Positions 9,196 to 19,102 of a stretch of DNA of 64,000 nt are shown one piece after another. A program made the position numbers and the translations under genes. The stretch is from Acutalibacteraceae bacterium. Its GTDB lineage: Bacteria; Bacillota; Clostridia; Oscillospirales; Acutalibacteraceae. Position 1 is the stretch's first letter; each line of letters begins with the position of its first letter. A model generated the notes under the pieces. The model did no database searches. It worked only from the letters and a program-made list of their open reading frames with translations, and was not told the origin of the DNA. The stretch spans positions 5,440-69,439 of the forward strand of contig JAZSLJ010000007.1 of NCBI GenBank assembly GCA_045535305.1. Direction: 5' to 3'.

Positions 9196-10629
9196 ATGGC
9201 TAAGAATTCATCATCCGTTAAACCTTTTGGTATTGCTGATAAATTAGGCTATGCTATGGGCGATATGGGCTGTAATTTTTCATTCCAGCTTATCTCCACT
9301 TATATGCAGCTTTTTTACTGTCAGCTCATCGGCATAAAAGTAGAGCATTACGCCGCGATTATTCTTATTTCAAAATTCTGGGATGCGGTAAACGACGTTA
9401 TCATCGGCAATCTTGTTGATACAAAGCGTATCGGCAAAAAGAGTAAGTTCATGCCCTGGATTCTTATCGGTGCGGTAGGTCTTGTAGGTCTTACAATTAT
9501 GATATTTGCCCCCGTAGGCAACTTCTCTTATGCGGGCAAAGTTGCATGGTGTCTTATCGCATACTGTCTGTGGTCCGTTGCATACACAATGGTAAACGTG
9601 CCTTACGGCTCTTTGCTTTCCGTTATAACAGACGACCCTAAACAGAGAACATCACTTTCAACAATGCGTTCAATCGGTGCGGCTCTCCCCGGCGTTATCG
9701 TTATGCTTATTCTTCCCAAAGTTGTATATTCAAAAACAACAACAGCAACAGGCGCAACAGAAGATGTGCTTAACGGCAATTCACTGCTGATTACAGCTAT
9801 TGTGCTTTCAGTTGCGGCTCTTATTACACTCTGGGGTACAACAAAGCTTGTAACAGAGCGTGTTGTACGTAACGAAACAGGTGCATCATCAACCGGTGCA
9901 AAGGCATTTTTCTCTGCATTCAGATCATTCTTCACAAACCGTCCCATGGTTGGTGCTACAATCGCAACCGTTGCATCAGTTGCATTCTTCAACTCCACAA
10001 TGTCCCTTAACAATATGGTATTCCAGTATTTCTTTGAGGACACAAGCAAAATGTCCCTTGCAATGGTTGGCAGCTATGCTCCGATGATTATTGCAATGGC
10101 ACTTATCGGCAAGCTCACAGGTAAATTCGGCAAAAAGAAAGTTGCTTCAATCGGTATGCTTGTAAGTACAATAGCAGGTATTGCATCATTACTCGTTCCT
10201 CTTCAGGCAAACGGCGGCGGTATGATTATTTATATCGTATTGCTTATGTTCCTTAACCTTGGTAACGGTCTTTTCCAGATTTCCGTTTGGGCAATCGTTG
10301 CTGACTGTATTGAAATCAGCTACAGAAAATCAGGCAAAAGCGAGGAAGGCTCTCTTTACGCACTTTATTCATTCTTCCGTAAGCTCTCACAGGGTATCGG
10401 TCAGGCAGTTTCGTCAATGGGTCTTGCCGCAATCGGCTTTGTAGAAGGAACGGGAGCTGTTCAGCCCGCAGGCTTCGGAGAAAGCGTTAAGAACCTGTAC
10501 TTTATTGTACTTTTCGCAGGCTCACTTATCGCATTCCTTTCAATGACATTCATTTACAACATCTCTCACAAGCAGGAGATTGAATTTGCTCAGGCAGGCA
10601 GTAACAGTGCACCTGCACAGGCAGAATAA
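9196..10629 (+). CDS. GPH-family glycoside/pentoside/hexuronide:cation symporter
   Basis: DKLGYAMGDMG..FQL N-terminus and D..IG.LVD..R motif, with about 12 TM segments. It is co-oriented with the fucosidase gene. Confidence 0.85.
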   Translation: MAKNSSSVKPFGIADKLGYAMGDMGCNFSFQLISTYMQLFYCQLIGIKVEHYAAIILISKFWDAVNDVIIGNLVDTKRIGKKSKFMPWILIGAVGLVGLTIMIFAPVGNFSYAGKVAWCLIAYCLWSVAYTMVNVPYGSLLSVITDDPKQRTSLSTMRSIGAALPGVIVMLILPKVVYSKTTTATGATEDVLNGNSLLITAIVLSVAALITLWGTTKLVTERVVRNETGASSTGAKAFFSAFRSFFTNRPMVGATIATVASVAFFNSTMSLNNMVFQYFFEDTSKMSLAMVGSYAPMIIAMALIGKLTGKFGKKKVASIGMLVSTIAGIASLLVPLQANGGGMIIYIVLLMFLNLGNGLFQISVWAIVADCIEISYRKSGKSEEGSLYALYSFFRKLSQGIGQAVSSMGLAAIGFVEGTGAVQPAGFGESVKNLYFIVLFAGSLIAFLSMTFIYNISHKQEIEFAQAGSNSAPAQAE

Positions 10630-10651
10630 CTTACAAACAACAGATTTCATA

Positions 10652-10687
10652 AAGACTGTCCAAGCAGATCGGGCAGTCTTTTTTTTG
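10652..10687 (+). terminator. terminator of the GPH transporter gene
   Basis: AGACTGTCC..GGGCAGTCT stem followed by T8. Confidence 0.75.
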
Positions 10688-10688
10688 C

Positions 10689-10720
10689 AAAAAAAAACTT
10701 GCACAAAAAATCTGTGCAAG
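10689..10720 (-). terminator. terminator of the YebC-family gene
   Basis: CTTGCACA-AAAAATC-TGTGCAAG stem, followed by a T-run on the minus strand. Confidence 0.7.
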
Positions 10721-10738
10721 TAAATTATTAAAGACATA

Positions 10739-11482
10739 TCAACCTTCGTAATCGTCCTCATTTTCCCAGTTGTGCCATACGCTCTGAACGTCGTCATTAT
10801 CCTCAAACATTTCAAGCATTTTGCCCATAGCCTTGATATCGTCGGGATTGTCAAGTCTTGTATATGTTGAGGGGATGTATTCTGCTTCTGCAGAAATTGC
10901 AACGTAGCCTGCAGCTGCAAGAGCATCGTTGACAGCACCTACGTCGTTAGGCTCTGTTCTTACTTGGAAAACCTCTTCTTCATCTGTAATAAGGTCTGTT
11001 GCGCCTGCTTCAAGTGCAGTTTCAAGAAGTGCATCTTCGTCAACGCCGTCTTTTTCGATAACGATATTACCCATACGTTCAAACATGAACATAACAGAGC
11101 CTGCCTGACCCATGTTTCCGCCGTATTTATCAAAATAATGACGCACATCACCTGCTGTTCTGTTTCTGTTATCGGTAAGAGTTTCAACGATAACTGCTAT
11201 ACCGCAAGGACCGTAGCCCTCATATATACATTCTTCGTAGTTTGTTGCATCGCCGTCGCCTGATGCTTTTTTGATAATTCTTTCTATATTATCATTGGGT
11301 ACGTTAGCAGCTTTTGCTTTTGAAATAATATCCTTAAGCTTTGAGTTAGCTGCGGGATCGGGGCCGCCCTCACGTACAGCAACAGCAATCTCCCTGCCTA
11401 TTTTGGTAAAAACCTTAGCTCTTTGATTATCGGTTTTTTCCTTTTTTCTTTTTATTGTGCTCCATTTGGAGTGTCCTGACAT
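10739..11482 (-). CDS. YebC/PmpR-family transcriptional regulator
   Basis: MSGHSKWSTIKRKKEKTDNQRAKVFTKIGREI is the canonical YebC N-terminus. Confidence 0.95.
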   Translation of the reverse strand: MSGHSKWSTIKRKKEKTDNQRAKVFTKIGREIAVAVREGGPDPAANSKLKDIISKAKAANVPNDNIERIIKKASGDGDATNYEECIYEGYGPCGIAVIVETLTDNRNRTAGDVRHYFDKYGGNMGQAGSVMFMFERMGNIVIEKDGVDEDALLETALEAGATDLITDEEEVFQVRTEPNDVGAVNDALAAAGYVAISAEAEYIPSTYTRLDNPDDIKAMGKMLEMFEDNDDVQSVWHNWENEDDYEG

Positions 11483-11626
11483 AAAAAATCACCTTACATA
11501 TAAAAATTCTTATTTATTTTAGCACCAAAACAGCGTTTCGTCAACACCGTTTTAAATATTCATACCTTTTTAGGACAAAATATTTTAAAAAGCGGTTTAT
11601 AGCGCAATTCAACAAGGTGATGTAGC

Positions 11627-14600
11627 TTGAAAAGAATTAAAAAAGAATTAAAATCAAAAATGGCAATACTGTCCGAAGCATACAAGGCAAATTCGGGCGG
11701 TGAATGGCTTGCCGACAATTATTATATAATCGAAAAAAATTACGCATCAACTTTAAAAGACATCAACCGCATAAGCATACAAGAAAACACTGATACAGTA
11801 ACCGCTATTTGCAAAAAAATATGCAAAGACGGTGTGCTCCCCTGCGACAGTGAAATAATAAGCGTTCTGCTTAATGAAAACATATCAACTGCTGCACTCG
11901 AAAACCTTGCAACATTTCTTAAAGCCGAGCTTATAATAAAAGCCGCCGAAACAGTTAACAACGATGAAGAAATATTTTCACAATGCATAAAATCCCTTAT
12001 AAGAATTGAAGAAACGGATTTCGGAAAAATTCTGTTCGAAACAAGCGTAACGGAAAAACTGCTTTGTCAGGACCCTGCGGGAATTTACAGAAATATGAGT
12101 GAGCATACAAAAATGATGTACAGACACGCAATTTACCGCGAAGCTGTAAAACAGGGCAAAAGCGAAAATGAAATTGCCGTAGAAACGCTGGACAAAGCAA
12201 CAAAGGAAAGCAGGCACATCGGATTTTATCTTACATTCAAAGAAAGAAATCACAACACAGGCAAATATTTACTTCTTACAGAAGCGGCACTTCCCTTTGC
12301 GGTACTGCTCATATTGTCCTTTGTGTTAAGAGCATGGTATTTACTGCCCCTGTTATATTTTCCCCTTTGGGAAGCTCTTAAATTCATATCGGATTTTATA
12401 ATTTCAAAAATCAGCAAGCCCTTACTCTTGCCGTCAATGGATTACTCACAACTGATTCCCCAAAGCGAAAAAACCGTTATTGCAATATCGACTCTTTTGC
12501 CCGAAGCATCAAAAGCAAACAATATGACGGAGCATTTACGCAAGCTTTGCCTTTCAAACTGCAAAGAAAACGTGTATATCTGTCTGCTTGCGGATCTGAG
12601 TGAAGCAAAAACGCCCTCAACCTCCGCCGACGATGCAGACATCAATGCGATGAAAAGGGTTATTGATGAGCTTAACAAGAAATACGGAAACAAATTTGTG
12701 CTTGCGCTGAGAAACAGGCGTTTTTCGGTAACGGAAAACAGATATTGCGCCCATGAACGCAAAAGAGGCGCTATAACATCGTTGGCAAAGCTGATAAAAG
12801 GCGACACAAATGAATTTTCTGTTCTACATGGCGATGCGGAAAAATTAAAGAATGCAAAATTTATAATGGCTCTTGATTCCGATACCAATATGCCTGCAAA
12901 AAGCCTTAATGCGCTTGTGGGTATTGCATCACATCCGCTGAACAGACCTGTAATTTCTCCGTCAAAGCAGAGAGTTACACAGGGCTACGGAATCATATCC
13001 CCGAGAATGGAAACAGACGTACAGGCTCACAGCAAAACACATTTTTCGTTTCTGTTTTCAGGCTCAAACGGACTTTCCGCTTATTCCCATACTGTGGGTG
13101 AAAGATATCAGGACTTATTCGGCAAAAGTATTTTTTCGGGCAAAGGGCTTATAGATGTGGATTCATACTACAGGCTCATACCCGACAGATTACCCGAGGA
13201 ACAGATTTTAAGCCACGACATATTAGAGGGTATTGTACTGCGGAACGCTTTTGCAGGCAATATTGCCCTGACCGATTCATTCCCGTCAAACGAAAACTCA
13301 TATTTCAAGCGTCTGCACCGATGGATTAGAGGTGATACGCAAAACATTCAGCTGCTTTTTGATTTGCGTTACAAATCTTTTGCAGACACATTGGGCAAAT
13401 GGTGGCTGATTGACAACATTCGCAGAGCAATAACTCCGTTGATTGCTGTTATCGGAATTATACTGTCCGTTCTTATGCCCGAAAATGTTGCAACAGCATC
13501 AACGCTGATATGCTTACTGTCAGTTTCGGCAACTCATCTTTTCGGTTTTTTGCAGTCCGTTATCCATGGCGGATTTTCCGTTTTATCAAGACTGTATTTT
13601 TCAAACACCGTTCCATACGCAATATCGTGCCTTTCAAAAGCTCTGCTTGAAATAGTTACACTTGTGCGTTATTCTGTCTGCTCGGCAGATGCACTTATAC
13701 GTTCCGCTTACCGTATGCTCATAAGCCGTAAGCATATGCTTGAATGGACAACTGCCGCAGACAGCGAATCGGGGACCGGCTCAAATCAGTTTGTAAAAAA
13801 ATCTCTGCCGTCGGTTATAACGGGTGTTTTCCTGTTATTTTTCGGGACAGGTATAATTAAAATCGCAGGTATTCTTTTTATAAGTGATTTACCCTTTTCA
13901 ATTCTCAGCGCAAAAGAAAAAAAGTCCGAAAAACCAAAACTTAACGAAAACGAAAGAAAAGAGCTTACCGGATATCTTGCGTCAATGTGGCAGTTTTACG
14001 AGGATTTCTGCAACGAAGAACACAATTATCTTATTCCCGACAATGTTCAGTACTCCCCTGTTTATGCAGTTGCAGACAGAACATCTCCCACAAATATAGG
14101 ACTTATGCTGTGTGCGTTTCTCGGTGCAAGGATACTCAATTTTATTGATTCCAAATATCTTTGCAATCTGCTTGACCGTTCATTGGGCACCATTGAAAAA
14201 CTCCCAAAATACAAGGGCAATCTGTACAACTGGTACAACACAAAAACACTTGAAATTCTGCCGCCTCAATTTATTTCAACAGTTGACAGCGGCAACTTCC
14301 TGTGCTGTCTGACTTCCCTTCGCAATGGACTGAAAAATTATACAGACGAATGTTACAGACTTATTTATACAATAAAACGGATTGACTCACTCATAAATTC
14401 CTGCGAGCTTGATTTTCTTTACAACGAAAGGCGGAATCTGTTTCACATCGGCTATGATACACAGGCTCAATCTCTCACTCCGTCATATTATGACCTGCTT
14501 ATGAGTGAAGCGAGAATGACAAGTTATTTTGCCGTGGCATCGGAAAAGGTATCGTTCAGGCATTGGGAATCTCTCGGCAGAACGCTCAAAAAAAGCGGAA

Positions 14601-17600
14601 GATATACGGGACCTGTTTCCTGGTCGGGCACGATGTTTGAATACTTTATGCCTGCAATTTTCCTGCCCGATTACCCTGACACAATAGGCAGTGAAGCGCT
14701 TAAATACTGCATTTACTGCCAAAAAAAGAATGTGCGGGGCAAAAACATTCCTTACGGCATTTCCGAAAGCTGTTATTATGCATTTGACAGCAATCTGAAT
14801 TACAGCTACAAGGCTCACGGCATAAGCACATTAAGTCTGAGAAACGACAGAAGCAGAGAAACGGTAATTTCACCTTATTCAACATTTCTTACGCTCAGTC
14901 AGGACCCCCATTCCGCAATGCGTAACCTTAAAAAAACAGAGAAATTGGGTGCAACAGGCAAATACGGCTTTATTGAAGCAATAGATTTTACCCCGAATCG
15001 ACGGGGCAACAGGGAGTTTCAGCTTGTAAACTGCTTTATGTCGCACCATATCGGTATGAGCTTTCTCTCTGGGGTAAACTGTATGTTCAATGATATTTTT
15101 ACCGAGAATTTTATAACAGACGATATGATGTACGGCAGTATTGACCTGATGTATGAAAAAATCCCTGCGGATGCAAAAATTCATAAAAATATTCAATGGC
15201 AGGACAGGCAATCACGTCCGGAAAGATACAAAAATATGAAAATTACAAGAGAAAATATTTCAGCAACCAATCCCGATTCTACAGTTTTTTCAAACGGCAA
15301 ATGGACACTTTTTGCCTGCGATACGGGATGCAACTTAGCCGCTTACGGAAATGTATCTGTTTTTAAATGCAGAAAAGACCCATTCGGCTACCCCGACGGA
15401 ATTTTTGCCGCAATAAAATATAACGGCGAAAAAGTGATTACTTTTACCGATGCACCGTATTACGAAAGCAATCCGAATTTAAGTGTGCAGAAAACGGAAA
15501 CATCTATATGCTACAAAAATCACGATGATAATTTTGCCTGTACACAGACGGTTTCAGTACATCCCGCAGCCGCCTGTCAGTTGCACACTTTCCGTATTAA
15601 AAACAAAACAAAAACAAAAAAAGAAGCTCAGCTTATGATTTATGCCGAGCCGTCGCTTATAAAGACGAATGAAACAATCGCACATCCCGCTTTTTCAAAT
15701 ATGTTTATTGAGACTGAATACCTAAAAGATGAAAAGGTTTTGATTTTTACACGAAAAACAGAGTGTAAAGATAATCAACTTCACATCGCATTGGGGTTTG
15801 CAAACAAAAGCGATTTTAAATTTTCAACAGACAGAGAAAGCATTTTATCAAGCAATATGGGCATTTTCAGAGTGTTTGACAACAACTTTGACAATGATTC
15901 AACATCTGCCGACAAGTGTATTGCTTTACAGTTAAAGATAAATCTTCAGCCTTTCGGAATATTTTCAGACACGCTGTTAATTGCCGCAGCGTCGAGTAAA
16001 GAAGAAGTAATCGCATCAATTATTACTTTAAGAAACAGCAGACTTCCCTCTGTGAGCAAATGCACGCCCACGTTATTTGCGGACAACTCAATAGAAGGCA
16101 TTTATGCAAAAAAAATATGTGAGCGTTTTCTGTTTGGCAGAACACCGCCTGCCGATGCAATAAAGGCGGCAAAAATAAACAACGGCTCACGCAAGGATTT
16201 ATGGTCAACAGGCATTTCGGGAGATTATCCCATAATAATAGTAAAGTGTGAAAATAACGACACAACGGCTGTTTTACCTTTTGTTACACTTCACACTAAG
16301 CTTATGAGAGCATCAATTCAAACAGAGCTTGTATTTATTACGGATTCATCCGACGGCTATACAAACGCCTTTAAAGAAGCGGTTATTTCCGCATTGACTG
16401 ACAGTTCGGTAATAAACAAACGGGGCGGAATTTTCATTTTAAGCTTAAATTCACTTGAAAGAAAGGCACTCTGCGCACTTACCGCCTCAGCTCTTGCCGT
16501 TTATCCCGAAACGGAAAATGAAACCGATGATAAAAAATTTATTTTATCCCCCATATCTCTCTGTTCCCATCAGACAAGCAAAAATATGTTTGCAAAAAAC
16601 GGCTATATCATCGGTGAACAGACTTACCTGCCCTGGAGTCATATTATAAGCAACAGAAATTTCGGCACGCTGATTTCAAATTACTCTTTGGGTTACACTT
16701 GGGCACTTAATTCAAGAGAAAACAAGCTCACCCCCTGGTATAACGATACACGCAGAGCTTACAACGGCGAAATGCTTTATTTATCAAGCGAAAACGGACG
16801 GTTTGATTTAATAAAAGGCTCCTGTGCATTTTTTATAGATAACAAGGGTGAATATTACGCTTTTGCCGACGGACTTAATTTCAGAACAAGCGTTACGGTA
16901 TGCGGTGAAAACATGTGCAAAATTATTGATATTTGTATTATCAATGATTCGGAATCAAACAAGGAATTTGCCGTAAATTATTACTGTGAGCTTGCGCTGG
17001 GAGATTTCCCGAATAAAAAGCTGTTTATAAAAAAAGAAGTCGGAACGGACAGAATCACAGTCAAAAACCTTTACAACGATGTTTTTGACGGATACGCTGT
17101 TTTATCCTGCGACAGAGAATGTACTTTTCATTTCAGCAAAACCGCATTTTTATGTAACAGCGACAGCGGGAACGACACCTTTGACTGTATGATTGCCGAA
17201 AGAAAGCTCAGCCTTAAAGCAAATTCAAGCGTTAATGTGAGATTCTGTTTATCCTACGGCAACAGCAATTTTTCAGCAATCAAAATGCCCTATGTCCGCG
17301 AAAAACACGTCAATGAAAACAGAATTACCATTGAAACGCCCGACAAAAATCTTGATAATTTTTTCAACGGCTTTTTACTTCATCAGATTGTAAACGGCAG
17401 AATTTTTGCAAGAACGGGATTTTATCAATGCAGCGGTGCATACGGATTCCGCGACCAGCTTCAGGATGCTATGTCAGTTGCGATAACGCATCCCGAAATA
17501 CTAAGAACACAGATTCTTTATTGCTGTGAGGCACAGTTCACACAAGGTGATGTGCTTCATTGGTTTCATCATCTGTACTTTAATGACAGGCGCGTTTTAA

Positions 17601-18688
17601 GAGGTGTAAGAACACTGTATTCCGACGATTTACTCTGGCTGCCGCTTGCGGTTAGTGAATATTGCAGAGTAAGCGGTGATTTGTCAATTCTTGATGTAAA
17701 AGTCCCCTATCTTGATGCGCCTATACTCGAAAAAGGTGAAATCGAGCGTTTCGGAGAATTCACAAAATCAAAAAGCATCGGCACTGTTTACAACCATTGT
17801 ATCAACGCAATAACTCACGCCTGCAAATTCGGCGAACATTCTCTGCCGCTTATCAAAGGCGGTGATTGGAACGATTCTTTTAATTCGGTGGGTATTCTCG
17901 GCAAAGGTGAAAGTGTATGGCTCGGTATGTTTTTATCCTATACTCTTAAAAATTTTGCATCATTATGTGATATTAAAAATGACAAAAAAACAGCCGAAAC
18001 AATGCGAATCCTCTCCAAAAAACTGAATGAAGCAACGGATGCCTGTGCGTGGGACAAAGACAGATACCTCAGATGCTTTTATGATGACGGAACTCCTATG
18101 GGCAAAGAGGGCAACAACGAGTGTGCCATTGACCTGTTACCGCAGGCGTGGAGCGTAATTTCGGGTATGCCCGACAAAAAAAGGTGCCGCATCGCAGTTG
18201 ATACGGCGTACAATCAGCTTGTGGACAAAGAAAACAGAATAATCAAGTTATTTACTCCTCCGTTTAATGAAAAAAGCAAAAAAACGGGCTATGTGAACCG
18301 CTATCCCGAAGGTGTAAGAGAAAACGGTGGCCAGTACACTCACGGTGCAACATGGCTTGCACAGGCATATTTTATGCTTAACGAGCCGTCAACGGGATAT
18401 GAACTGATAAAAATTCTTAATCCTGCAAACAAGCCTTATGATAAATACAAAACAGAGCCTTATTACCTTGCAGGTGATGTTTACTCGGCACAAGGTATGG
18501 AAGGCAGAGGCGGATGGACCATTTATACAGGTTCAGCAGGCTGGTTTTACAGGATTATTGTTGAGAATATGTTTGGAATAATAAAAAGAAAATACGATAT
18601 AAAAACAAATCCCCGCCTCCCCGAAGAACTGCGAGGAAGCAGGGTAAAAATTCAATTAAACGGAAATACAAAGGAGTTTAAGTTTTAG
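11627..18688 (+). CDS. cyclic beta-1,2-glucan synthase-like multidomain protein (GT84-like, central alpha/alpha-barrel region, GH94-like phosphorylase)
   Basis: 2353 aa. DSD (about nt 12875), SHDILEG and RWIRGDTQN (about nt 13319) glycosyltransferase motifs are flanked by TM segments. A TSPTNIG glucoamylase-like block follows. The C-terminus has GFRDQLQD (about nt 17445) and TGSAGW GH94-type motifs. The TTG start has an AAGGTGA SD; an alternative ATG lies at 11660. Confidence 0.75.
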   Translation: MKRIKKELKSKMAILSEAYKANSGGEWLADNYYIIEKNYASTLKDINRISIQENTDTVTAICKKICKDGVLPCDSEIISVLLNENISTAALENLATFLKAELIIKAAETVNNDEEIFSQCIKSLIRIEETDFGKILFETSVTEKLLCQDPAGIYRNMSEHTKMMYRHAIYREAVKQGKSENEIAVETLDKATKESRHIGFYLTFKERNHNTGKYLLLTEAALPFAVLLILSFVLRAWYLLPLLYFPLWEALKFISDFIISKISKPLLLPSMDYSQLIPQSEKTVIAISTLLPEASKANNMTEHLRKLCLSNCKENVYICLLADLSEAKTPSTSADDADINAMKRVIDELNKKYGNKFVLALRNRRFSVTENRYCAHERKRGAITSLAKLIKGDTNEFSVLHGDAEKLKNAKFIMALDSDTNMPAKSLNALVGIASHPLNRPVISPSKQRVTQGYGIISPRMETDVQAHSKTHFSFLFSGSNGLSAYSHTVGERYQDLFGKSIFSGKGLIDVDSYYRLIPDRLPEEQILSHDILEGIVLRNAFAGNIALTDSFPSNENSYFKRLHRWIRGDTQNIQLLFDLRYKSFADTLGKWWLIDNIRRAITPLIAVIGIILSVLMPENVATASTLICLLSVSATHLFGFLQSVIHGGFSVLSRLYFSNTVPYAISCLSKALLEIVTLVRYSVCSADALIRSAYRMLISRKHMLEWTTAADSESGTGSNQFVKKSLPSVITGVFLLFFGTGIIKIAGILFISDLPFSILSAKEKKSEKPKLNENERKELTGYLASMWQFYEDFCNEEHNYLIPDNVQYSPVYAVADRTSPTNIGLMLCAFLGARILNFIDSKYLCNLLDRSLGTIEKLPKYKGNLYNWYNTKTLEILPPQFISTVDSGNFLCCLTSLRNGLKNYTDECYRLIYTIKRIDSLINSCELDFLYNERRNLFHIGYDTQAQSLTPSYYDLLMSEARMTSYFAVASEKVSFRHWESLGRTLKKSGRYTGPVSWSGTMFEYFMPAIFLPDYPDTIGSEALKYCIYCQKKNVRGKNIPYGISESCYYAFDSNLNYSYKAHGISTLSLRNDRSRETVISPYSTFLTLSQDPHSAMRNLKKTEKLGATGKYGFIEAIDFTPNRRGNREFQLVNCFMSHHIGMSFLSGVNCMFNDIFTENFITDDMMYGSIDLMYEKIPADAKIHKNIQWQDRQSRPERYKNMKITRENISATNPDSTVFSNGKWTLFACDTGCNLAAYGNVSVFKCRKDPFGYPDGIFAAIKYNGEKVITFTDAPYYESNPNLSVQKTETSICYKNHDDNFACTQTVSVHPAAACQLHTFRIKNKTKTKKEAQLMIYAEPSLIKTNETIAHPAFSNMFIETEYLKDEKVLIFTRKTECKDNQLHIALGFANKSDFKFSTDRESILSSNMGIFRVFDNNFDNDSTSADKCIALQLKINLQPFGIFSDTLLIAAASSKEEVIASIITLRNSRLPSVSKCTPTLFADNSIEGIYAKKICERFLFGRTPPADAIKAAKINNGSRKDLWSTGISGDYPIIIVKCENNDTTAVLPFVTLHTKLMRASIQTELVFITDSSDGYTNAFKEAVISALTDSSVINKRGGIFILSLNSLERKALCALTASALAVYPETENETDDKKFILSPISLCSHQTSKNMFAKNGYIIGEQTYLPWSHIISNRNFGTLISNYSLGYTWALNSRENKLTPWYNDTRRAYNGEMLYLSSENGRFDLIKGSCAFFIDNKGEYYAFADGLNFRTSVTVCGENMCKIIDICIINDSESNKEFAVNYYCELALGDFPNKKLFIKKEVGTDRITVKNLYNDVFDGYAVLSCDRECTFHFSKTAFLCNSDSGNDTFDCMIAERKLSLKANSSVNVRFCLSYGNSNFSAIKMPYVREKHVNENRITIETPDKNLDNFFNGFLLHQIVNGRIFARTGFYQCSGAYGFRDQLQDAMSVAITHPEILRTQILYCCEAQFTQGDVLHWFHHLYFNDRRVLRGVRTLYSDDLLWLPLAVSEYCRVSGDLSILDVKVPYLDAPILEKGEIERFGEFTKSKSIGTVYNHCINAITHACKFGEHSLPLIKGGDWNDSFNSVGILGKGESVWLGMFLSYTLKNFASLCDIKNDKKTAETMRILSKKLNEATDACAWDKDRYLRCFYDDGTPMGKEGNNECAIDLLPQAWSVISGMPDKKRCRIAVDTAYNQLVDKENRIIKLFTPPFNEKSKKTGYVNRYPEGVRENGGQYTHGATWLAQAYFMLNEPSTGYELIKILNPANKPYDKYKTEPYYLAGDVYSAQGMEGRGGWTIYTGSAGWFYRIIVENMFGIIKRKYDIKTNPRLPEELRGSRVKIQLNGNTKEFKF

Positions 18689-19100
18689 CGTTTTTTCTGT
18701 ATGACATGAAATCTTCAAGTATCATTACCGCAGAAACCGCATCAACTACCGCCTTGCGCTTTTTTCCTCTTGTATCTGTCATATTAAGGGCAAGGTGGGC
18801 TGAAACCGTTGTAAGCCTTTCATCGTACAATTCAACCGACATTCCGGACTTATTTTGCAATTCCTGTGAAAATTCCTTACAGGCTTCTGCTCTGAAACCC
18901 TGTGAGCCGTCCATATTTTTCGGCAGACCTACAACAAATGCTTCGGCTTTTTTATCCTTTGCGGCAGAGATTATCTTTTTGATAAGCACATCTCTGTCGC
19001 TTTCTTTTATAACATCTACGGGAGAAGCGAGTATCTCATTTTTATCGCATACCGCAAGACCTGTTCGCACATCGCCGTAATCAACAGCCATTATAACCAT
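18678..19100 (-). CDS. ruvX: Holliday-junction resolvase-like RuvX (YqgF)
   Basis: MVIMAVDYGDVRTGLAV..GLPKNMDGS..DERLTT. The track's 44-codon N-terminal extension overlaps the PBP gene and was trimmed. The 3' end overlaps the convergent glucan-synthase gene by 11 nt. Confidence 0.9.
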   Translation of the reverse strand: MVIMAVDYGDVRTGLAVCDKNEILASPVDVIKESDRDVLIKKIISAAKDKKAEAFVVGLPKNMDGSQGFRAEACKEFSQELQNKSGMSVELYDERLTTVSAHLALNMTDTRGKKRKAVVDAVSAVMILEDFMSYRKNAKT

Positions 19101-19102
19101 AA

